A stretch of 64,000 nt of DNA. Origin: Eimeria praecox. Taxonomy: Eukaryota. The stretch covers positions 1,364,001 through 1,428,000 of the forward strand of contig OY986946.1 in the NCBI GenBank assembly GCA_963920595.1, written 5' to 3'. The position numbers and the translations under genes were made by a program. The notes below the pieces were generated by a model. It saw only the letters and a program-made list of their open reading frames with translations. It did no database searches and was not told where the DNA came from. Shown here piece after piece: positions 50,028-62,617 of the stretch; the first letter of the stretch is position 1, and every line of letters starts with the position of its first letter.

Positions 50028-50420
50028 TGCTGCTGGCAACACTGCTTCTCTGTTCTTGATGGATCACACCTCGACCCCACACGTCGTGTTGTTGTGGCTG
50101 CAGCTTGAGGGGCTGCTGTGTCTGCAGCAGCAGCAGATGAAGCTCGCGAAGACGTTCTCTCTCTTCCTGCTGTTCCTGCTGCCTCTCCTGCTGCTGCAGC
50201 CACAGCAACAGCAGCAACTGCTGCTGCGGCCGAAGCAGCAGCAGAACCAACACCTGCAGCAGCTGAAGAGGAGCGAGAACCCCTTGGAGAGCCCCTCCAC
50301 TTCAACGATCGTAGCAGCCTCGTGCCTCGCCTCCTTTGCAGTCTCTGTCTATCAACATCTTCACCTCCTTCACGTCTTCCAATAGAATTTCTTGCTGAGG
50401 GGCTGCCACCCCCGCTACCT

Positions 50421-50460
<40 letters not shown>

Positions 50461-50728
50461 ATATCACAGCTAATCAGTTAAGACACACGCTACACTCGTC
50501 GCTGCAGCCGTTGCTACTGCTACTTGTGCTGCTGCTGCTGCTTTTGCTGCTGCTGCTGCTGCTTTTGCTGCTGCTGCTGCTGCCTTTGCTGCTGCTGCTG
50601 CTGGTGACTGCTGATTTAGGTGGCATAGGCAATGGATAGACACCACATTATAACACCTCAGCGTCTTGATACTCGTCTGTATAGCTGCAGCATGAGCAGC
50701 AGCAGGAAGACTATCATTAGCAGCACAA

Positions 50729-50778
<50 letters not shown>

Positions 50779-51643
50779 AATCTATAAGAATAACTGCTTA
50801 CTTAAACTATTTCTTGTGGGTTTGTTGTCGTCGTTTGAGGAGGCAGCCCCAGCATTTGCTGCAGGGTCTATAGCCCCTACAAGAGCAGGCAGCGTTTGCT
50901 TCCAGTCCCCAAGAGCATCAACATGAATAGCTAGAGGTAGTCGCCCTCCTTCAAACAGCCATTGAGGTCTTAGGTCAAGCAGCAAGAGCTTCCATGCAGG
51001 CTTACGCCCTGCAATTGTGTCTCCTCTCGTTCGTTGCGAATCAATGCATGCATCACCAGCAGCAGCACCAGCACCAGCAGCAGCTGCTGCTGCAGCTGCT
51101 GCTGCTGCTGCTGGTGATGCTCCTGATGCTGCTGCTGCTGCTGCTGCAGGAGAGAAGCCGGTGCTGCTGCAACGACCCGAGACACCAGAGGCTTCTTCGC
51201 AAGGAGGGAACAGAGGTGCTGACGCCCGCCCATAGGCATGGCTGCAAGACACACAGCAGCAGCAGCAGCAGCAGCAGCACCAACATACAGCTACAAGCCC
51301 CCCCCACAACAGCCGCAAGGAAAACAACAGCAACATATCACACCCCCACACAATATGCATGCCGGCAACAGCAAAGCAACGCCAAGCTGCGTTGCTGCTG
51401 CTGTGCTGCTCTCGTTGCAGCACAGCAGCAGCAACGGGGGTCGTTGGGATCGGTATAGAAACCCCAGTGTCCATACACCCCACGATGTCGCCTCAAGCAG
51501 CGATAAAGAAAGGCTTACTTAAGTACTTCCTGGGGTAGCATAAAGAAAACCCGCTCAGATTCTATCTGCTGCAGCGGCTGCAGGTGAGGATCTGAGCTCC
51601 CCGTCTGCAGCAACAGCAGCAGCAGCAACAGCAGCAGCAGCAA

Positions 51644-51675
<32 letters not shown>

Positions 51676-52696
51676 GTAGCAACAGCAGCAAGTAACAGGA
51701 AGTCAGCAACATGAATATACACTGCTCTAACAAGTGTACACAGCAGCAACAGTTAACATGCCTACGACGGGGGCAGCAACAGCAGCCAGCAGGCAGCAGC
51801 AACCGCAGCAGCAGCAGCAGCAACAACAAAGAAAGCCGCAGCAGCAACAAAGACTAAGTGCTGCTAACCTGTGAAGCGCAGAAAATGTATGAGAAGCTGA
51901 GGGGTGTTTGATCCCGAAGCTCTTGGGCAAGGCGCCACAACTGCAGCAGCAGCAGCAACAGCAGCAGCAGCAACCGCAGCAGCAGCAGCAGCAGCAAGTA
52001 CACACGGGAAGCTGTTGTCATTCACAGCTCGCACTCTCTTGCATGCAGCACATGTGAGAAGCAGCAGCAACAGCAGCAACATCAGCAGCAACAAAACCAG
52101 CACCATCAGCAGCAGCAGCAGCACCTGCAGCAAACAGCAGCATCAGCATAAACCGCAGCAACAGGAGCAGCAAGACCAGCAGCAGCAACAGCAGCAACAA
52201 CAACAGCAGCAGCAGTAGCAGCAGGCGTACATGGGCGAGTTCAGATACAGAGTTGATAGATAGTTTACTAAGGGTCTCAGGTAGCTGTGAGACCTCTGTC
52301 TGTAGCAGCATCCTTCTATTGCTTATAAGTATAGCGAGAGATATAAAACAATAAAATATATTATCATTCTCTAATATCAGCCAATCCCATAAAACAAATA
52401 ATACAGGGAGTTGAATCTTAGATGAAAATAATGTTAAGAACCATGGAGTCACGTATAACTCAGGGGTTGCAAAGTGGCTCTCTGTACACACACACACACA
52501 TACACATACACCCTAAACCCTAAACCCTATATATATATATATATATATATATACATACTTTGCAAACACTAAACCCTTAACCCTAAATATATGTATATAT
52601 AAACATTATATATATATCTATATCTATATATATATATACATGAATAGCTGGTGTTTGTGTGTCGTATTAAGATTAGGGTTCATGTTTGGGGCTGCC

Positions 52697-52731
<35 letters not shown>

Positions 52732-53061
52732 GTGTCTGCATGCACGTATGTATTGTTACCTAGGAATACAGCAAGGGTAGAATCATGATAGGCAAGAAGG
52801 CCGTTGAAATGATGGAAAGAAGATTGAAGCGCAGTAAAATCATCATCAGCAAACATAGCCGGCAGGAATCGACGAACAAATGCAGCAAAGCTACAATATA
52901 CCTCCCAGGGTTCGAATCCCCCCTCGGAGGCCCCCAAATAAAGAAATGGGGCTTCAAACAAACATACACACACAAATTAAATAAATAAATACATAAATAA
53001 ATATATAAATATGTTGGTTTAGACTATAATCATATACACATAACAACAAACTAAATAAATT

Positions 53062-53143
<82 letters not shown>

Positions 53144-53285
53144 TTTAGTCATACATACAAACAACAAACAAAACATGCCGCAGAAACCATAACAACAACC
53201 CCGGGTGCGGGTGTTGTCTCCTTCTTCTCTCTCTTCCTCGTTGTTTATGTTTCTGCTGCTGTGTCTCTTGTGTCTCCTTAGTATC

Positions 53286-53330
<45 letters not shown>

Positions 53331-53717
53331 TCTGTCTCTCTCTCCCTTGGAGTCTAGCTGTCTCTTTCTTCGTAGTCTTTCTGTCTCTGTCTCCGTCTCT
53401 CTCTCTCTCTCTCTCTGTCTCTGTCTCTGTCTCCGTCTGTCTCTGTCTCCGTCTCTGTCTCTGTCTCTGTCTCTACTGCTGTCTCTGTCTCTGCTACCCT
53501 TTAAGGTCTAAAGCTGCTGTTTGTATCTACTAAGCATTCTAACAGCAGCAATATTTCTCCATCTGTCTCCAACTGCAGCAGCAGGGCGCCGTCAGCAGCT
53601 CGCAGCTTCTTCTGCGTGTGCTGCTCGGTTCCCCCCCTACCGCAGCAACAGCAGCAGCAGCTGCTGCTGTTGTTACTGCTACTACTACTACTACTACTGC
53701 TGCTGCTGTTGCTACTG

Positions 53718-53752
<35 letters not shown>

Positions 53753-54716
53753 CTTGCTACTGCTCCTCCTACTACTGCTGCTGTTACTGCTTCTGCTTCT
53801 GCTGTTGCTACTGCTACTACTACTACTGCTGCTGCTGTTGCTACTGCTACTACTGCTGCTGCTGCTGCTGCTACTGCTACTACTGCTGCTGCTGTTGCTG
53901 CTGCTGCTGGTGCTGCAGGTCTTACCCAGGAGCTCGTTGAGGCCTTGTTTGTATTTGAGTGCATGCGATTTACAATAGAAAGTTAACATTTGCTCCATCA
54001 GCCTTCGTGTCTTCGTCTCTCTAAATACCGCCAGCCTAGCTCGCGTTCGTTCGACATCACTCTTAATCACGCGCTGCAGCAGCAGCAACAGCAGCAGCAA
54101 CAGCAGCAACAGCAGCAACAGCAGCAGAAGTAGCCATAGCACCAGCAATAACAACACCAACTGCAAATGCAGAAGCAGCAGCAGAATAGCAGCAGCAGGG
54201 GCAGCAGCAGGAGCAGCAGCAGCAGCAGAATAGCAGCAGCAGTAGCAGCAGCAGAATAGCAGCAGCAGAATAGCAGCAGCAGAATAGCAGCAGCAGAATA
54301 GCAGCAGCAGTAGCAGCAGCAGTAGCGGTACCAGCAGCAGCAGCAGCAGCAGCAACCCCTCTCTCCCCCCCCCGTATCCCCTTAACCTCCCCTCAGCACC
54401 AGCAGCAGCAACCCTAACTCTTGCAGCTTGCAGCCACCAAGCCTATCCCTAACAAGAGCAGCAGGGCTCTACGCAACAGCAGCAGCAGCAACAGCAGCAG
54501 CAACAGCAGCAGCAACAGCAGCAGCAGCAGCAGCAGGAGCAGTCTCACTTGATTGGGCTCATCTAAGGGGGTTTGAATAATAAGCTCTGAGAGCTGCTGC
54601 TGCTGCAGGGGCCCCAGGTCCTCAACATCAAGCAACGCCAGCCAAATACGACACCGTAGACGAGGAGGGAATCCTCCCTTAAACATTCGTAGACGAGCAA
54701 CTAGCCTTTCTTTTGC

Positions 54717-54747
<31 letters not shown>

Positions 54748-55085
54748 TCAGATGTAGCTGTCCTTGTTCCTCTTGCTGCAGCTATTATTGCTGCTGAGCC
54801 CCTTGCTGCTTCATCTTCTAAACTTCCATATCGAAAAGTAGGAAGCCCTGGCAGTCTAGATGCAGTCAAGCCTGCTACTTCTGCTGCTTCTGCTTCTGCT
54901 GCTGCTGCTGCTGCTGTTGTTGTTGTTGCTGCTGCTGTTGCTGCAGCATCGCATAAGCCTTCCTCTGCTGCTGCATCGACGGAAGCCTCGTCCTCAGAGC
55001 TCTCTAACTCCTGGCCTGCTGTGGGGACCTCAGCTAACGGCGGCAGCTGCGACACCTCGGCAGCAGCAGCAGCAGCAGCAGCAGC

Positions 55086-55116
<31 letters not shown>

Positions 55117-55213
55117 TCAGCTAGCCCATGCTGCTGCTGCAGCGAGTGGCTCGTCAAGTCTCCCACAGGCCCTATCGTATGCTCCTTCAATCGCACAGGC
55201 TCATCCACTGTAG

Positions 55214-55246
<33 letters not shown>

Positions 55247-55341
55247 GCATGCAAGCGGCAGCAACAGCAGCCGTATCATCGCAGGTATCCCTGATCTCAA
55301 CATGAGGGAGCGTCTGCTGCTGCTGCAGGTGTGGCAGCAGC

Positions 55342-55376
<35 letters not shown>

Positions 55377-55587
55377 GTTTCCTTGGGGATATGCAGCTTG
55401 ATGTGCAGCTGGCGCAGCAGGCGGCAGTGGCGCCGCAGCAACAGCAGCAGCAGCAACAGCAGCAGCAGCAACAGCAGCATCAGCAGCAACACGACTGCCA
55501 CAGCTGCTGCTGGGGGAGAGAGATCGATCGTTGTTGAAGACAAGCTGCAAACGCTGCAGCAGCGCCTCCACCTCAGCATCTCCATCC

Positions 55588-55627
<40 letters not shown>

Positions 55628-56046
55628 CCCGACCTTCTCCTTCAAGTGTCTCTAGGTCTTCCCCGCAAGCCAAGTCTGCTTCTGTTGTGGCTGGTGCTGT
55701 TGTTGGTGCTGTTGATGGTGCTGCTGCTGCTGCTGCTGCTGCTGTCGATGGTACTGTCTCCATAGCCGTCGCTATGCTGCAGCTGCAGCAGCAGGATAGA
55801 GGCACCTGTGCATGCAATCTGCTGCTGCAGCCGCTGCAGCTGCTTCCAGGAATACTGCTGCCTTTCCCCTCGCTCCCCTGCTGCTGCTGCTGCTGTCGTT
55901 GTTGTTGTTGTTGCTGCTGCTGCTGCTCTTGCTGCTGCTGATGCTCGTCCGCAGCACTTAGGGTAGAGTCAACTGAGTCTACAATCAGCTGGTTTAGAAG
56001 AACGAGGGGAGGAAGCATGCAACCCCCGTGGGGCAGCCGCAGTTGC

Positions 56047-56099
<53 letters not shown>

Positions 56100-56320
56100 T
56101 TGCAGACACGCGAGACTGCTACTATCCTCCATTTCAACTGCGCTGTCGTCATTATCTGTCTTGCTGCTGCTGTTGCTGCTGCTGCTGCTGATGCTGCTGC
56201 TGCTGCTGCTGCTCTCTGCTAGCCCCCCAGCGCAGCTGCCTGTCCAGCTAGCCGCACTGCCGCTGCTCGTAAGCAGAAGGCTGCTGCTGCAGCTGCCATT
56301 GGTAGTGTCTGCGAGGATGC

Positions 56321-56352
<32 letters not shown>

Positions 56353-56389
56353 ATACAGAAGCAACTGTCTTGCTCTGTGCTGCTGTTGG

Positions 56390-56422
<33 letters not shown>

Positions 56423-56675
56423 ACGCTTCAGCAGCAAGCAACGAGGGACCTGAGAAAGCTTCTTTCAGAGGCAGCTGCTTTGTTGCTGCTGCTGCTGCTG
56501 CTGCTGAAGCAGCAGGCGTAGCTACATCACTAATCCCAACACTTGCTGCTCCTGCTGCTGCTGTTACAGTGAAGCACAGGCCAGGCTCCAACTGCTGCTG
56601 CTGCTGCTGCTGCTGCTGCTCGCTGCTGCTCGCTGGGTCGGCCCCCCGCATGAGTAGGGCTCGATGCCGCTGCAT
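45409..56675 (-). CDS. TBC1D23: TBC1D23-like protein (TBC domain, rhodanese-like domain, C-terminal PH-like domain) with many homopolymer runs, multi-exon
   Basis: LRCRIWLALL; RVIKSDVERTR; YKQGLNELLAPF; PELYVTPWFLTLF; LLLDLRPQWLFEGGRLPLAIHVD and VSFVRGGYAACH (rhodanese-like); HKITSRKNDARLLCFYF; last exon ends at stop 45409. Start codon uncertain. Confidence 0.85.
46076..46154 (+). repeat. Interstitial telomere-like AAACCCT heptamers in an intron
   Basis: AAACCCT at 46076 and CCCTAAACCCTA at 46143. Confidence 0.7.
52511..52587 (+). repeat. Interstitial telomere-like AAACCCT heptamers in an intron
   Basis: CCCTAAACCCTAAACCCTA at 52511 and degenerate copies at 52564-52587. Confidence 0.85.
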
Positions 56676-57117
56676 TCTGCTGCAGCAGCAGCAGCAGCAG
56701 CAGCAACCAGACTCTCCTTCTCCTGTGTCTTTGAAGCTGCTACATTGGCTGCCGCTGCTGCAGCAGAAACCTTAATACGCCGTGCTGCAGCAGCAGCAGC
56801 AGCAGCAACCGAAAACTCTTTGCTGCTGCAGCAGGGGTTTGCAGGTAATGCCCATCTTGCGGCTCTGCCGCGTCCCTTCATCAAGCAGCTTCTGCTGCTG
56901 CTGCTGCTGTTGTTGTTGCTGTTGCTGTTCCTGTTGTTGTTGCTGCTGCTGCTGTTGTTGCTGCTGTTGCTGTTCCTGTTGTTGTTGCTGCTGCTGCTGT
57001 TGTTGCTGCTGTTGCTGTTCCTGTTGTTGCTGCTGCTGTTGCTATCAGTTAGCTGATGATACAGCAGATTGACCCTCACACCTCCCTAACTGCTGCTGCT
57101 GGTTTGCTGCTGCTGCT

Positions 57118-57149
<32 letters not shown>

Positions 57150-57246
57150 TGCTACCTTCGTCGTGTCTTTGTATTCAAAGGGTTTAACGCAGCAACCACC
57201 CGCTGGCGCTTCGCTGCTTATCGGCGCTCCTCGCCCGCTTGAGTCT

Positions 57247-57278
<32 letters not shown>

Positions 57279-57411
57279 GCTACTGCTGCTGCAGCAATTA
57301 GCACTAAATACAGAAAGTAGGAGTTGGATAAATGAAGCAATTAAAACAAAAAGAAGCTACGAAGCTACGTAGCGTTAGTCGAGCGACAGTGCCAGGGCGC
57401 AAGGAGACAGG

Positions 57412-57462
<51 letters not shown>

Positions 57463-57566
57463 GTTGCTGTGCACCTAAACAAGGCAGGAGCACACAACAG
57501 TCTCGAAGAGAAATCCTAGAGAAGAAGACAACGAGTTGCTTCTGACCAGCAGCAGCAGCAGCAGCA

Positions 57567-57602
<36 letters not shown>

Positions 57603-57816
57603 ACGCCTGCTGCTCCCGCTGCTGCCGGCGCTGCCGCTGGCGCGCGAGGGAGCGTTAAGCCTAGACTGTACGGGCTCCGCGCTACAGCAGCATTTATGGT
57701 ATGTCTTGACTTATTTGATATATAAAGAAGAAGAAATAATATTATAATAAACAATCTTCTACTACGACAACACCACAACTATACAGCGGGAGCTGTCGAG
57801 GGCCCAGCCCCAGCAT

Positions 57817-57853
<37 letters not shown>

Positions 57854-58298
57854 ACAGCAGCAGCAGCAACAGCAACAGCAGCAGCAGGAGGTGTTAGCTG
57901 TATCCTCTTTGGTTTCTGGTGGCCTTCTTTAATTTATTGAGTTTCTATTAATATTTTTTTCAACAAAAGCAAAGAAACAACAAAGAATATAACTCTTATG
58001 AACTCAAACACCATTCTTGCAGGGACAAGTGTGGTGGCCATTGGCACGGTGTACGTACACCTGAGCATAGTAGAGACTCGCGACTAAGGGCCAAACAGTG
58101 TTTAATAACTATCTACATTTGTTAATACATGCATCAAATATTGGCTTAGGTATGCTCTCTAGCTCTAGTGTGTCTTAATATATAAATTGAAGTAAGGAGC
58201 CATGCAGCAACTAGCGATAGACTAGCTCCTCTCTGTATCTCCGTATAAGGTTTTTCTGCTGCTCTCTATAGAAAGAGGGAAGGATAGAATAATTACAA

Positions 58299-58588
58299 GG
58301 TAGGCTGCCATGGGATAGATACGGAGGGATAGGATGATAAGAAGGGAGGCTGCCATGGGATAGATACTGAGGGATAGGATGATAAGAAGGTAGGCTGCCA
58401 TGGGATAGATACTGAGGGATAGGATGATAAGAAGGTAGGCTGCCATGGGATAGATACGGAGGGATAGGATGATAAGGAGGTAGGCTGCCATGGGATAGAT
58501 ACTGAGGGATAGGATGATAAGGAGGTAGGCTGCCATGGGATAGATACTGAGGGATAGGATGATAAGGAGGTAGGCTGCCATTGGATAG
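58299..58588. repeat. 45-bp minisatellite, ~6.4 copies
   Basis: Unit GGTAGGCTGCCATGGGATAGATAC(T/G)GAGGGATAGGATGATAAG(A/G)A, head-to-tail with no spacers. Confidence 0.97.
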
Positions 58589-58747
58589 TTGTTATCTTAA
58601 ATACTCTCACTATTGCACCTCTAAATCAACGAAAGCCCCCAATCTTAGATTTGGGGCTCTCGTAGGCTACAAGCAACTAACCCCTTCTTCCTAATTGATC
58701 TTCCTGTAACATATAACACTGGCGAGTAGTGAAGTAGTTCTGCAGGA

Positions 58748-58849
58748 ACAGAAAGAAAACGTTTAGATATCCTTCCTATACAATTTAACCCTTCTCACAC
58801 AGAAAGAAGATGTTTAGATATCCTCCCTATACAATTCAACTCTTCTCAC
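58748..58849. repeat. 51-bp imperfect tandem duplication
   Basis: ACAGAAAGAA.A.GTTTAGATATCCT.CCTATACAATT.AAC.CTTCTCAC occurs twice. Confidence 0.9.
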
Positions 58850-59079
58850 TCCTTCCATACTGAAGATATATCAAAATCTACCCTTCAACGAGGGGGCTCC
58901 ATCACCTAGGCTCCTCGACACACAGGTGAGAAAGAAGTGTCTAGAGTACATACACCCGAAACGGAACGCCCCCCATTCAATCGCAAACAAACGCGCTTGA
59001 ACGCAACCCCAGCCGCCACGAAGGAAAAAGGGTGGCAGGCAACACATGTGTGTCGGTGTCATGCCCCGTAACAACACCA

Positions 59080-60480
59080 TGGTGGAGCGCAAGTTCCTGA
59101 TTCACCGCATCGACTACTCGTCATCGTTGCAGGGTCATCAGTCAGCAGTCATTTGTCTTCGCTCTGACTCCTTTGCGTATCCCAACACAATCCGGTGACA
59201 TGCGGCCCCTACTCGCATTCCCTTTCGCCCCATGAATGGATTTCCTAAACTGCATGGGCAGACTAATTAGGATTTCTTTGTGTCCACCAATACGGCATGG
59301 ATGGGTTTTTACCTGGGCAATGTGCTGCTGGTATTCAACTGGAATCTGGAGAAACGCTTGCAGCACTTGCGAGACGCTCTCAAACCTCTGCTTGAGAACC
59401 AATGGTTTGTGAAAGGACAAACATGTTCGTTTTTCATGCAAAATAGTATATTCCTACGGCTTCCTCTCCCTGCGTCAGGAGTGAAGCCAGATCTGGACGG
59501 TGGAGTTGGAGGTCCCTTAGAGGTGCTCGGTAACCAAGACTCGCACGGCACTCCGTTTCTCGGTCTCGTATCGCACTAATGAAAGGCCCTCACTAGATTC
59601 ATTTTCATCGCCGCCTCTTTAACGTGCTCATGAAGGACAAGGACCGTAGTTGAACAGCTATTGCAGGTCGCCAGAAGCCTGCTCAGACAACGGATATCGT
59701 CTTCAGAGCCTCCGCTCCCTGATCTTGACAAACCCTTTATCCTAACCGTCTACTGTAGTGGCATAAAGGCTGCGATGCTTGCCGAAAAAAGCGCCAAATA
59801 TTCGCTTGCTGCTCACATCGTTTCGCGGGAAGCGAGAAGAAGTATCCGGCGCATTAGGAGGAGACCTATGTGCGCTATGATCTGCTCCATCAAATATGCC
59901 GGGTACTCGTTATGACACACGAGGAAGCATAGACTACTCCGATTATGCACGCCACCTTCTCTTCATACACACGGTCTGTGCTGAATGCTCGATCATGCGT
60001 TGGCGCGCCATACTGTGCATTCACAGCAGCACTAAAAACACTGAAAAGGGCTGCCAGACTCCCTCAATAGCTTATAATTTTGCGTGCTTGGAGGAATATC
60101 TCATTCCTTGTTCGGAATGCCAGCAGCTAAAGGCGCAGAACGCTCTTAACCCCGAGCTCTTACAAAGCCTTCCGCATCCTAAACGCCTTTCGACGGTCCT
60201 GCTTCATCCAGTCCGCTTAGTTGTGGTAGCTCACTTTTTGTAGAGCGGAGTAGGGAAAGCAGCTAAAGCACTTGGCTATGTGTCGGGGAGAGGTTATCGC
60301 TGTTCCCTCAAGGGTCAACGCTGTGGTGTATACTGTCGATTTATCCGAATGTGGATATGCCACCATACTCCTAATGCCGTAATGTCTAATGCTAATGCTG
60401 GCGTTTTATATCAATCGAAGAAATTACCGAAATTCCCTCATTTGCTACCCTCAAAACGAGGGGAATATAATTGCTGAAAG
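59080..60480 (+). mobile_element. Degenerate Ty3/gypsy pol remnant (RT, RNase H, integrase)
   Basis: KFLIHRID; FYLGNVLL (decayed YLDD); LQHLRDALKPL...CSF...SGVKPD; LPDLDKPFILTV; CSECQQLKAQNALNPELLQSLPHP (integrase zinc-finger end). Confidence 0.85.
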
Positions 60481-61327
60481 GAGCAACGAGGCAGGATTAG
60501 GACCGTGGGTACACCGAAGCAGACTTCACAGAAAACAGAAAACGTATTAACGGCTGCGCAGTCCGAGTACATTTCTGAGGGCTGCTTGTGCTTAGTAATC
60601 CCTCAGAAGCATCTGCATGTTCTGTTTAACACTGTGGCTATGACTACAAACGCGATTAAGACGATCTTCTACGATCGTTTATAACCTTTCGTTGCCACTA
60701 CCATGCCAGGCTAGTTGCTGGGGGCCAAGCCAGTGTTTAGCAATTGTCTACCGTCTTCATGCATGCATCATAAGGTGTCTGTAGCGCGGCTCCTGTGGGG
60801 TCGCCTTGCAGCAGGAGCGGCAGCAAAGAAGAAGGCCCTCCAAGGGCCTCCCCCCTATATATATATATATATATATATGTATCTCAGTCCTCCCCAGACT
60901 TCCTAGAGACTGGAGTGGAGCTTCACAAGGGTTTCAGGGCAATTTATTTTATAAAGATATATTAGGGGGATTGTATAGTAAGAAGATAGATAGCTATGAT
61001 GATGGACTCTCGATACAACGAATACAGCGAGCAGCATCTGTCTCGTGTAGTGGCTCGTTTTGTTTTATTTGCGTTATTTATTTATAAATATTCTGTTTAT
61101 AAATATAAATTAAAAAAAATATTTTTTTTTATACTTCTATGAAGCCGATGAAGAAATATCTATCCAACTTCAACTATGTAGTATTTGTGGTTATTTTCTA
61201 TAATTTTCTGATTTTATTAATTTAATATATACATTTTATGTATATTAAAATACAATTAAATATATTTAATGAAATCATTAAATTTAGATATAATGTATGG
61301 GGCTGGTCTCATCAAGCCAGCCCCAAA

Positions 61328-61349
61328 CCCACTGCATGCATGCAGTGGG
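61328..61349. promoter_or_regulatory. Perfect 22-bp palindrome containing overlapping TGCATGCA, upstream of eIF3g
   Basis: CCCACTGCATGCATGCAGTGGG. The palindrome is directly visible; the regulatory role is inferred. Confidence 0.55.
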
Positions 61350-61581
61350 GCTGGGCTGAATCCTCCTTATTCTGTTTTTTTTTTTTTTTAATATTATTTT
61401 TCTTCTTTCTTTTATATTTGTTTGTTTTTATCTTCCTTTATATTTATTTATTCCTATTCTTTGTGACGTAGCTGCCACAGAGGCCGTCATCACCCCACAG
61501 AGTCGGGGGCTTCTCTCTTCTTCTTTCTTCTGTTGCTGGTGTTGTTATATTTGTTTGTTTTTTTATATTTATTTCTAGAAA

Positions 61582-61928
61582 ATGAGTACAGGTATGTTTA
61601 TTATCTTTTTTATTTATTTTAAATTTATATTTGATATGCTTGGGGCTCGTTAGTGTCTTTCATGGATCGAGGATGTTATGATATTGCTGCTATGTATGTA
61701 TTTACTTACTCTTGTAATCTCTCTCTTCCTCTTTCTCTCTTCTCTCCTCTCTTCCCTCCTCTCTTTCTCTCTCTGTATTTATTATTATTAATAATAATAT
61801 TATATTAATTATTATTTATTATTATTTGATTTTAATATATTTACGCGTTGAAGGATTGAGCAGAAAATTTATCCTCGAAAACACATACTAAAGCCTTCGT
61901 GCATGCAGCCATACAGCCACCTTGCATG

Positions 61929-61963
<35 letters not shown>

Positions 61964-62049
61964 GTATATATATATGTATATATATATATATATATATCTA
62001 TATTTATAATGTATGCATATAGATGTATATAGATGTATATACCATATGC

Positions 62050-62100
<51 letters not shown>

Positions 62101-62431
62101 TCTCTCTGTCTCTCTCTGTCTCTCCTTCCTCCATTTCCTTTTATTCTCCATATTCACTTTCTCTATTTTATTATTTGTGTGTGTGTGTGTGTGTGTTTTA
62201 TCTTCTAAACCAAACCCCATTTAAATAACTAAATAACTAAATAACTAAATAACTAAATAAATATATTTATAAATAGATAGAAAGTGGGCAGACTTCGAAT
62301 TAGAAGACGATGGAGATCTCGGGGACCTCGCTACTACCCCCGGGGGATTTGAGACGAGGCCAGACAGTGATGGCATCAAAATCATTACTAACTACGTACA
62401 GAGTGCTAAGGGAGAGACACTCAAGGTACAC

Positions 62432-62483
<52 letters not shown>

Positions 62484-62523
62484 GTATATATATATATGTA
62501 TACGTATATATATATATGTATAC

Positions 62524-62617
<94 letters not shown>

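Larger units (their letters stand above)
45460..57890. repeat. Repeat-rich segment: dense (CAG/CTG)n in exons and introns, with (TA)n and (CT)n in introns
   Basis: Dozens of directly visible CAG/CTG tracts; (TA)n at ~48623, ~49055 and ~53067; (CT)n at ~53287-53475. Confidence 0.97.

Noticed and set aside
52511..52587. True telomere or chromosome fusion site
   Set aside because: Only a few heptamers within an intron; interstitial AAACCCT is a common dispersed repeat in this lineage.
46257..57778. Poly-Leu, poly-Cys and poly-Ala ORFs on either strand
   Set aside because: Alternative-frame or antisense readings of CAG/CTG tracts overlapping the TBC1D23-like gene.
58299..58588. CRISPR array
   Set aside because: Units are contiguous with no unique spacers, there are no cas genes, and the context is eukaryotic.
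32140..60480. Active or domesticated reverse transcriptase system
   Set aside because: All pol-like regions have multiple stops and frameshifts, and the identifiable catalytic motifs are decayed (YTDG, YLGN).
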